Part shown: one piece after another, positions 52,972 through 61,816 of the stretch
How positions within the stretch are numbered: the stretch's first letter is position 1
Layout of the letters: each line of letters begins with the position of its first letter
DNA from: Escherichia coli
GTDB taxonomy: Bacteria; Pseudomonadota; Gammaproteobacteria; Enterobacterales; Enterobacteriaceae
Reading direction: 5' to 3' (one strand)
Assembly (NCBI RefSeq): GCF_030013595.1
Contig: NZ_CP122768.1
Length of the DNA: 64,000 bases
The notes under the pieces: model-generated
Database searches by the model: none
What the model was told of the DNA's origin: nothing
What the model saw: only the letters and a program-made list of their open reading frames with translations
Made by a program: the position numbers and the translations under genes

Positions 52972-53770
52972 AGCAACGGAGATCCTGACAGGTAAAGTTA
53001 TGCAAAAATCGGTCTTAATTACCGGATGTTCCAGTGGAATTGGCCTGGAAAGCGCGCTCGAATTAAAACGCCAGGGTTTTCATGTGCTGGCAGGTTGCCG
53101 GAAACCGGATGATGTTGAGCGCATGAACAGCATGGGATTTACCGGCGTGTTGATCGATCTGGATTCGCCAGAAAGTGTTGATCGCGCAGCCGACGAAGTG
53201 ATCGCCCTGACCGATAATTGTCTGTATGGGATCTTTAACAATGCCGGATTCGGCATGTATGGCCCCCTTTCCACCATCAGCCGTGCGCAGATGGAACAGC
53301 AGTTTTCCGCCAACTTTTTCGGCGCACACCAGCTCACCATGCGCCTGTTACCCGCGATGTTACCGCACGGTGAAGGGCGTATTGTGATGACCTCATCGGT
53401 GATGGGATTAATCTCCACGCCGGGTCGCGGCGCTTACGCAGCCAGTAAATATGCGCTGGAGGCGTGGTCGGATGCGCTGCGCATGGAGCTGCGCCACAGC
53501 GGAATTAAAGTTAGCCTGATCGAACCCGGTCCCATTCGTACTCGCTTCACCGACAACGTCAACCAGACGCAAAGTGATAAACCTGTCGAAAATCCCGGCA
53601 TCGCCGCCCGCTTTACGTTGGGGCCGGAAGCGGTGGTCGACAAAGTGCGCCATGCTTTTATTAGCGAGAAACCGAAGATGCGCTATCCGGTAACGCTGGT
53701 GACCTGGGCAGTAATGGTGCTTAAGCGCCTGCTGCCGGGGCGCGTGATGGACAAAATATTGCAGGGGTGA
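52961..53770 (+). CDS. ybbO: Short-chain dehydrogenase/reductase YbbO
   Basis: 269 aa; glycine-rich TGCSSGIG. Confidence 0.9.
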   Translation: MTHKATEILTGKVMQKSVLITGCSSGIGLESALELKRQGFHVLAGCRKPDDVERMNSMGFTGVLIDLDSPESVDRAADEVIALTDNCLYGIFNNAGFGMYGPLSTISRAQMEQQFSANFFGAHQLTMRLLPAMLPHGEGRIVMTSSVMGLISTPGRGAYAASKYALEAWSDALRMELRHSGIKVSLIEPGPIRTRFTDNVNQTQSDKPVENPGIAARFTLGPEAVVDKVRHAFISEKPKMRYPVTLVTWAVMVLKRLLPGRVMDKILQG

Positions 53771-53788
53771 GTTGAAGCGCGCGCTTAA

Positions 53789-54685
<897 letters not shown>

Positions 54686-54747
54686 GTTTCCGTTGATCGG
54701 CACATGAACCACAACGCCGGATGCGATGCTGCGCATCCGGCATTGCA

Positions 54748-55527
54748 TCATTTCTTCTTCAATTGCGTCACCACCAACTGGTGGCGCGAATTGTAAAACT
54801 TACGATAGGTTAAATAGCAGGCAATAATGGTCGACAGGCTGGCGGTTGAGAGCAGCATAAAGGTCACCATAATCTGATATTTAATCGCCTTCACCGGATC
54901 AATCCCGGCAAATATCAGCCCGGACATCATTCCTGGTAAACTCACTAAGCCAACCGTTTTTGCTGAATCGACCGTCGGAATTAAAGCCGCGCGAATACTG
55001 TCGCGAATCAATATCGCTGAAGCCTGTTTCGGCGTCGCGCCAAGACTCAGTTTCTCCTGAATCTGTTGCTGTTCGCTAATGACCCGTTGCCCTAAATTGT
55101 TGTAACACAACCCCACCGCTACCATGGCGTTACCGGCTATCATCCCGGCGATAGGGATCACCTGCATCGGGATAAATTCAATCGACCCGGAGAGAATCAG
55201 CACCGCCAGGGTAATTCCCGCACCAACCGTAATGGCAATAAACGATGAGATAAAAGCTTTAGCAATATATTTACTGCGTTTTTGCGCGTTCCACGCCGCA
55301 TTAAAGCAGATAAATAACACCATCAATAATGTCAGGCTGGCATCATCCACGCTGAAAATATACTTCAGCACATAGCCGACAATAATCAGCTGAATTATCG
55401 CGCGCCCGACGCTCCAGAGAATATCTTTCTCCAGCGCCAGTTTTTCTTTATGGCTAATTAAGATTGCCACCACCACCAGCATTAATGCCAGTGCCAATGA
55501 TTCGTTAGTAATATTATGCGAGTTCAT
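54748..55527 (-). CDS. fetB: Iron export ABC permease FetB (YbbM)
   Basis: 259 aa from MNSHNITNESL. Confidence 0.85.
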   Translation of the reverse strand: MNSHNITNESLALALMLVVVAILISHKEKLALEKDILWSVGRAIIQLIIVGYVLKYIFSVDDASLTLLMVLFICFNAAWNAQKRSKYIAKAFISSFIAITVGAGITLAVLILSGSIEFIPMQVIPIAGMIAGNAMVAVGLCYNNLGQRVISEQQQIQEKLSLGATPKQASAILIRDSIRAALIPTVDSAKTVGLVSLPGMMSGLIFAGIDPVKAIKYQIMVTFMLLSTASLSTIIACYLTYRKFYNSRHQLVVTQLKKK

Positions 55528-56191
55528 AGCGTGCTTCCTGCATTTCTCCGGCATGCGGTTGCAGTGTAATCACTTTATCCGCATGATTAATTTCGTCTTT
55601 ATCGTGTGTCACCCACAGCACGGCAATATTTTGCTCGCGCACATAGCGATGGATCATCTCATTAACGTTATGTTTATTACTTTCATCCAGCGCACTGGTT
55701 ATTTCATCCAGCAATAAAACTTTCGGCATAAATTGCAGGTTACGAATCAATGAGATGCGTTGTTTTTCACCACCAGATAGCTCGGCGATATTCTTCGTCA
55801 AAATGCTGTCCGGCAAAGCGAAGCGTTCGAGAAAATCGAGAAAAATGGCCGGGTCAGGCTGCTGGTTACGGATCTGCCAGGGAAAAATCAGGTTATCGTA
55901 TACCGTATCGCCAAACAGCGTCGGCGTCTGGGCGCAGTAAGACACTTGCTGGCGGTAGATTTCTGGCTTTAGTGTGCTGACATCCTCACCTTCAAACAGT
56001 AACGTTCCGCTGGTTGGGCTGATCAATGAAGCAACTATTTTTAGCAGCGTACTTTTGCCACAACCAGAAGGACCGGTAATTAACTTAAATTCGCCAGCAC
56101 GCAGCGAAAAATTGATGTTATTAAGAATCTTCGCATCACCCACCAGATATCCTACGTTTTGTAGCTGAACCAAAGGACTATTTTCCTGCAT
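55514..56191 (-). CDS. fetA: Iron export ABC ATPase FetA (YbbL)
   Basis: 225 aa; Walker A GPSGCGKST. Confidence 0.9.
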   Translation of the reverse strand: MQENSPLVQLQNVGYLVGDAKILNNINFSLRAGEFKLITGPSGCGKSTLLKIVASLISPTSGTLLFEGEDVSTLKPEIYRQQVSYCAQTPTLFGDTVYDNLIFPWQIRNQQPDPAIFLDFLERFALPDSILTKNIAELSGGEKQRISLIRNLQFMPKVLLLDEITSALDESNKHNVNEMIHRYVREQNIAVLWVTHDKDEINHADKVITLQPHAGEMQEARYELA

Positions 56192-56336
56192 CGCTGTTCC
56201 CTTTTTCTGATTTTTACTAAAAACAGTTTATCCTTCGCAGGAATAAGGGGGAACTCTCTTTCAGTAATCAGGTATAATTTGTTTAATCAAGCAGCAATTT
56301 TGCTGATTATGGACGGTACAACAGGAGGTTTTTCCG

Positions 56337-57254
56337 ATGCTTATCTTTATCCCGATTCTCATTTTTGTCGCGCTGGTCATTGTCGGCGCGGGCGTCAAAA
56401 TCGTGCCGCAGGGCTATCAATGGACGGTAGAACGTTTTGGTCGCTATACCAAAACGTTACAGCCGGGGCTCAGTCTGGTGGTGCCGTTTATGGATCGCAT
56501 TGGTCGCAAGATCAATATGATGGAGCAAGTGCTCGATATCCCTTCCCAGGAAGTTATCTCGAAAGATAACGCCAACGTTACCATCGACGCCGTGTGCTTT
56601 ATTCAGGTGATTGACGCGCCACGCGCTGCCTATGAAGTCAGCAATCTGGAGCTGGCGATCATCAACCTGACCATGACTAACATCCGTACCGTGTTGGGTT
56701 CAATGGAACTTGATGAAATGCTCTCTCAGCGCGACAGCATCAACTCACGCCTGCTGCGTATTGTCGATGAGGCCACCAACCCGTGGGGGATTAAAGTCAC
56801 CCGTATTGAAATTCGCGACGTGCGCCCACCGGCAGAGCTTATCTCTTCAATGAACGCGCAGATGAAAGCGGAACGTACCAAACGCGCTTACATCCTTGAA
56901 GCGGAAGGGATCCGTCAGGCGGAAATCCTCAAAGCCGAAGGTGAAAAACAGTCGCAAATCCTGAAAGCGGAAGGTGAACGTCAGTCGGCATTCTTACAGG
57001 CTGAAGCGCGTGAACGTTCCGCTGAAGCAGAAGCCCGCGCCACCAAAATGGTGTCTGAAGCCATCGCCTCCGGTGATATTCAGGCGGTGAACTACTTCGT
57101 CGCACAGAAATACACCGAAGCGTTACAGCAGATCGGTTCGTCCAGTAACAGCAAAGTAGTGATGATGCCATTAGAGGCCAGCAGCCTGATGGGGTCGATT
57201 GCCGGGATTGCCGAGCTGGTGAAAGACAGCGCCAACAAACGGACTCAGCCATGA
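56337..57254 (+). CDS. qmcA: SPFH/band-7 protein QmcA (YbbK)
   Basis: 305 aa stomatin-like. Confidence 0.9.
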   Translation: MLIFIPILIFVALVIVGAGVKIVPQGYQWTVERFGRYTKTLQPGLSLVVPFMDRIGRKINMMEQVLDIPSQEVISKDNANVTIDAVCFIQVIDAPRAAYEVSNLELAIINLTMTNIRTVLGSMELDEMLSQRDSINSRLLRIVDEATNPWGIKVTRIEIRDVRPPAELISSMNAQMKAERTKRAYILEAEGIRQAEILKAEGEKQSQILKAEGERQSAFLQAEARERSAEAEARATKMVSEAIASGDIQAVNYFVAQKYTEALQQIGSSSNSKVVMMPLEASSLMGSIAGIAELVKDSANKRTQP

Positions 57255-57709
57255 TGGAGTTAATGGTCGTTCATCCACATATTTTCTGGCTCAGTCTCGG
57301 CGGGTTGCTGCTGGCAGCCGAGATGCTGGGCGGAAATGGTTATCTGTTGTGGAGCGGCGTGGCAGCGGTGATTACCGGCCTGGTGGTCTGGCTGTTGCCG
57401 CTGGGTTGGGAGTGGCAAGGGGTGATGTTTGCCGTCCTGACGCTGCTCGCCGCCTGGCTGTGGTGGAAATGGTTGTCGCGGCGGGTGCGCGAACAAAAGC
57501 ACAGCGACAGTCATTTAAACCAGCGCGGGCAGCAGCTGATTGGCCGACGTTTTGTGCTGGAATCTCCGCTGGTCAACGGGCGCGGTCATATGCGCGTCGG
57601 TGACAGTTCATGGCCTGTCAGCGCCAGCGAGGATCTCGGCGCAGGTACGCATGTTGAAGTCATTGCGATAGAAGGGATAACGCTGATCATCCGTGCGGTC
57701 ATCGCCTGA
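57251..57709 (+). CDS. ybbJ: NfeD-like membrane protein YbbJ
   Basis: 152 aa, coupled to qmcA. Confidence 0.85.
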   Translation: MMELMVVHPHIFWLSLGGLLLAAEMLGGNGYLLWSGVAAVITGLVVWLLPLGWEWQGVMFAVLTLLAAWLWWKWLSRRVREQKHSDSHLNQRGQQLIGRRFVLESPLVNGRGHMRVGDSSWPVSASEDLGAGTHVEVIAIEGITLIIRAVIA

Positions 57710-57711
57710 TG

Positions 57712-57792
57712 CGACGCTGACGCGTCTTATCATGCCTACAAAATATGCCCGAATCGTAGGCCGGATAAGGCGCTTGCGCCGCATCCGGCATA
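57712..57792. repeat. REP palindromic elements
   Basis: gcgacgctgacgcgtc...aggccggataaggcgcttgcgccgcatccggc. Confidence 0.5.
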
Positions 57793-57811
57793 TAGCCGAG
57801 TAGAGGCAAAA

Positions 57812-58174
57812 TTACTCTTCCCGGCCTTTACCCATACTTTTTTGGTCTTCATCCGGATAGTGTTTTTTTAGATATTCCAGGACGTTTTTATTGACCTTGT
57901 GTTGGGTATACACCCACCCTTTCCAGTAATCAGGTTGGTCCAGGTAAACTTCTGGCGGAATGGTGAAATCAGAAAGCGTTAACCATTCGGCTAACAGATC
58001 GGGGTTTCGTTTCTGGATTAACTGCAACAGCATAATCAGTGACATAGCTGAGGCAGGAGCCGTACTATCGCCACTTAAATATTTCCACACTGTTGACCGG
58101 TTCGAACGAAAAAGGATCGGTAGCAATGCCCGGTCCAGATTCATTTCATTAAAAATCTTCTCAAATTCATTCAT
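57812..58174 (-). CDS. Hypothetical small protein, possible DNA-binding regulator, divergent from adhesin operon
   Basis: 120 aa; HTH-like segment NRSTVWKYLSGDSTAPASAMSL. Confidence 0.45.
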   Translation of the reverse strand: MNEFEKIFNEMNLDRALLPILFRSNRSTVWKYLSGDSTAPASAMSLIMLLQLIQKRNPDLLAEWLTLSDFTIPPEVYLDQPDYWKGWVYTQHKVNKNVLEYLKKHYPDEDQKSMGKGREE

Positions 58175-58358
58175 TTAAATTTTCCTGCCTGGCGTAAACC
58201 TCTTAAAAATTGAGATTTATCAAAGAAACGCATTTTAGCACACATCAGGAACCGCTTCACGTTTAGTCCAGAAACAGAATTTATTTCGCTTATCAAAACA
58301 AGTCTTTACTCTTTTTTACATTGAAAGAGCACAAAATGATTTTCGATTTTATTTATAT

Positions 58359-58379
58359 AAGAAACATTTTTTGTTTCTT
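58359..58379. promoter_or_regulatory. Palindromic operator-like site (aagaaaca-N5-tgtttctt)
   Basis: 21-bp palindrome in the divergent promoter region. Confidence 0.35.
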
Positions 58380-58490
58380 ATTGGTGGTGTTTACGCTTAC
58401 ACCAGACAAAAATGCGCTTTACATCACACAAATGGCGGCGTAGATTTCGATTAAATTGCAACGCAGTTTATTTCTTAAAACAATATTATT

Positions 58491-58507
58491 TGTTTCTTAT
58501 AGAAACA
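58491..58507. promoter_or_regulatory. Palindromic operator-like site (tgtttct-tat-agaaaca)
   Basis: Same half-site as 58359-58379 in opposite arrangement, about 35 bp upstream of the adhesin ATG. Confidence 0.35.
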
Positions 58508-58540
58508 TTAATGCGACTTGTTTTGAACAAGAGAAAATGA

Positions 58541-59557
58541 ATGAAAACTGTAAACGTAGCTTTACTGGCACTCATAATTTCAGCAACATCCAGCCCTGTT
58601 GTTTTAGCTGGTGATACCATTGAAGCGGCGGCAACAGAGCTTTCAGCCATTAACTCTGGCATGTCGCAATCGGAGATTGAGCAGAAGATTACCCGCTTTT
58701 TAGAACGCACAGACAACAGCCCCGCTGCGTATACCTATTTGACTGAACATCACTACATCCCTTCTGAAACACCTGATACCACTCAGACTCCCCCTGTCCA
58801 GACAGATCCTGACGCAGGACAAAAAACCGTTGCCGCTACAGGTGATGTACAGACAACCGCCCGTTATCAGAGCATGATCAACGCCCGACAGTCTGCGGTA
58901 ACTGATGCCCAGCAAACGCAAATTACAGAGCAACAGGCGCAGATCGTAGCCACACAAAAAACGCTCGCCGCGACTGGAGATACGCAAAATACCGCGCATT
59001 ATCAGGAGATGATTAATGCCAGGCTGGCGGCTCAAAATGAGGCTAATCAGCGCACTACCACGGAACAAGGGCAGAAAATGAATGCACTGACAACCGATGT
59101 GGCAGCACAACAGCAAAAAGAAAGGGCTCAATACGATAAACAAATGCAAAGTCTGGCGCAGAAGTCTGTCCAGGCACATGAGCAAATTGAAAGTCTGAGA
59201 CAAGATTCCGCACAAACGCAGCAACAGTTAACCAACACGCAAAAACGGGTCGCAGATAACAGCCAACAAATTAACACGCTCAATAACCATTTCGATTCTC
59301 TGAAAAACGAAGTTGAGGACAATCGTAAAGAAGCCAATGCGGGAACTGCATCAGCCATCGCTATCGCCTCACAACCACAGGTGAAAACCGGTGACTTGAT
59401 GATGGTGTCAGCGGGAGCGGGAACCTTCAACGGTGAATCTGCGGTGTCTGTAGGAACATCTTTTAATGCCGGAACGCATACGGTACTTAAAGCAGGTATT
59501 TCTGCGGATACACAATCTGATTTCGGTGCGGGTGTCGGCGTGGGATATTCGTTCTAA
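58541..59557 (+). CDS. Short trimeric autotransporter adhesin (YadA-like C-terminal anchor)
   Basis: 338 aa; signal peptide; repeated stalk motif AATGD(V/T)Q(T/N)TA(R/H)YQ(S/E)MINAR; anchor ...GDLMMVSAGAGTFNGESAVSVGTSFNAG...GVGVGYSF ending in aromatic residue. Confidence 0.7.
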   Translation: MKTVNVALLALIISATSSPVVLAGDTIEAAATELSAINSGMSQSEIEQKITRFLERTDNSPAAYTYLTEHHYIPSETPDTTQTPPVQTDPDAGQKTVAATGDVQTTARYQSMINARQSAVTDAQQTQITEQQAQIVATQKTLAATGDTQNTAHYQEMINARLAAQNEANQRTTTEQGQKMNALTTDVAAQQQKERAQYDKQMQSLAQKSVQAHEQIESLRQDSAQTQQQLTNTQKRVADNSQQINTLNNHFDSLKNEVEDNRKEANAGTASAIAIASQPQVKTGDLMMVSAGAGTFNGESAVSVGTSFNAGTHTVLKAGISADTQSDFGAGVGVGYSF

Positions 59558-59610
59558 TTTTAACAGCAATTTCTTATTCGCAATTTTCCGTACATTATTT
59601 AAGGTTAACA

Positions 59611-60033
59611 ATGATGAATAGCTCCATTAAATCGTTTTCCCTGCTGGCGGTTATATTACTGGCTGGCTGTAGTTCACCCACTTCCCGCATCGCAGATTGC
59701 CAGGCGCAGGGCGTCAGCCATGACACCTGTTATCTCGCAGAACAACAGCGTCAGACGGCTATTTTAAGTGCATCCGAAGCGCAGGCATTTAAAAATGCAG
59801 AAGCCGCACAACATGCCCAGGCGGCAAAGAAAGCCATTTATAAAGGATTTGGCATGACCTTTAGAATGAGCAGTAAAAACTTTGCTTATCTCAATGATTC
59901 ATTATGTGCAATTGATGAAGACAATAAAGATGCCACTGTTTATCAGTCAGGTCTGTATAACGTCATTGTTTATCATCACACAGGAAAAGTCGCCTTAATG
60001 AAAGAAGGTCAGTTTGTGGGTTATTTAAAATGA
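59611..60033 (+). CDS. Lipoprotein (lipobox LLAGC)
   Basis: 140 aa; signal peptide with LAGC lipobox; AAGG SD. Confidence 0.6.
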   Translation: MMNSSIKSFSLLAVILLAGCSSPTSRIADCQAQGVSHDTCYLAEQQRQTAILSASEAQAFKNAEAAQHAQAAKKAIYKGFGMTFRMSSKNFAYLNDSLCAIDEDNKDATVYQSGLYNVIVYHHTGKVALMKEGQFVGYLK

Positions 60034-60233
60034 AGGAGCAAAGGAAAATCCCCCTGACGCATATTATGATTATCGGTGCGTTTATTTTTGCCTTCTTGCA
60101 AGTGGTGTTATTAGCCTCCCTGGTTCACGCTGTGAATGTTAACAACGAAATCCAGGAAGGCTTATTTCAATCGGGGCGCATAATGGTAGAAAGTTTGCAG
60201 CATATTCTTTCGGTGCAAACGGGGATTAACTGA
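60030..60233 (+). CDS. Small single-pass membrane protein
   Basis: 67 aa; TM segment IMIIGAFIFAFLQVVLLASLV; ATGA-type coupling to the lipoprotein gene. Confidence 0.5.
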   Translation: MKEQRKIPLTHIMIIGAFIFAFLQVVLLASLVHAVNVNNEIQEGLFQSGRIMVESLQHILSVQTGIN

Positions 60234-60236
60234 TTT

Positions 60237-60644
60237 TCACCCCGCCCGATGATGACAGCAGCCGGAGAGATTTTCGATAATCGGGCAGTCGGCGCTGTCA
60301 TCACCAGGGCAGGCATTCGCCAGCGCCAGTAGCTGGTCGCGCATGGATTGCAGCTCCTCAATGTGCCGTTCGATCTCCGCTACCTTCTCCAGCGTGCGCC
60401 GTTTTACATCGGCGCTGTGACGCTGTGGGTCGTTAAACAGATTCACCAGTTCGCCGCTCTCTTCCAGGTTAAAGCCCACCTGGCGCGCCTGGCGCAGTAA
60501 GGTCAGTTCGTTGAGATGCTGCTGCGTGTAGGTTCGATAACCATTTTCGCTGCGCATCGGCGGCGTCACCAGCCCCTTCTCTTCATAGAAGCGAATGGCT
60601 TTGCTGGTCAGGCCGGTAATTTTTGCTACATCGCTAATGTTCAT
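60237..60644 (-). CDS. cueR: Copper-responsive MerR-family regulator CueR
   Basis: 135 aa [26 protein letters not shown]... with C-terminal Cys pair. Confidence 0.95.
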
Positions 60645-61816
60645 CGTTCGCGCAACGCCTCCTGTGCTTTATTAAAGGGTTTCAACAGATAATCCAGCAC
60701 GCTTTTTTTGCCGGTGCGGATATCGACCGTCGCCACCATGCCGGGAAATATCGGAAACTGCTGTTTATGTTTATTTTCCAGATGGTTGCTGAAAGTGCGA
60801 ATGTACACCCGATAGTAATAAACATCGCGCCGCACTTCATCCTGCACGGTGTCTGGTGATATCACCGCCACTTCTCCCGGCAGGCCGCCGTAGATGGAGT
60901 AATCGTAGGCAGTTATTTTCACCAGCGATTTTTGCCCCGGGTGGATAAACGCCACATCGCGCGGGGAGATTTTTGCCTCAATCAGCAGTTGCTCATCCAG
61001 CGGCACGATGGTCATCAGTTTACCACCGGGGGCAATGACGCCGCCAACCGTGGTGACGTCAATGTCCTGAACAATGCCACGTACCGGCGCGGTAAAGTTG
61101 AGCCGGGTGAGAGAATCTTCCCGCCCGCGGATCACCGAACGCTGGGTTTCCACTTCCGCATTGGCTTTCGCTAACTCTTCGCGCGCCTGAACGTAATATT
61201 GCGTGCGCACGTCGCTGAGTTTGTTTTCCAGTTCATTGGCCTGGCGTTGCAGGCGCAGCACTTCAACGCTGCTCGCCGCCCCCTGTTTTACCAGCGGCAG
61301 GGTCATCGCCAGTTCGCGGTTGACCAGGCTAATCCCCTGCGTCAGCCCGGTGGTGGCTTTGTTCAACCCGTCGCGGCGAGTGTTGTACAACGCCGTTTCC
61401 GACTCGATAAGTTCGGGGAATTTATTCAGTTCGTCAGGGAAGACCAGCGGTTTATTACTCACTTCCGCCCGCAGCCGCGCCGAGGTTGCCAGCGCCGCGT
61501 ACAGCCGCGACATTGCTTCCTGGACGTCGGATTCCGTTTTGGTGCGGTTAAGCTGCGCCAGCGGCTGGCCCTGTTCAACAATATCGCCAACCTTGACGTC
61601 GAGATGATACAGAATTCCGCCTTCCAGCGACTGCACCACCTGTTCGCGCCCGGAAGGTTCTACCGTGCCGCTGCCGGTGGTGACTTCATCAAGCTGGAAG
61701 TACCACGCCCAGCCGAGAAAACAGAGCAGCATCACAGCGGTAACGCGTACCGCCAGCGCCGAACGCGGCAGGCGGGGTTCAGTCAGGCCACGGTTGTATT
61801 GCAGTTGTCCATTCAT
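60641..61816 (-). CDS. Type I secretion membrane fusion protein (HlyD family)
   Basis: 391 aa; N-terminal TM, long coiled-coil, C-terminal beta domain. Confidence 0.85.
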
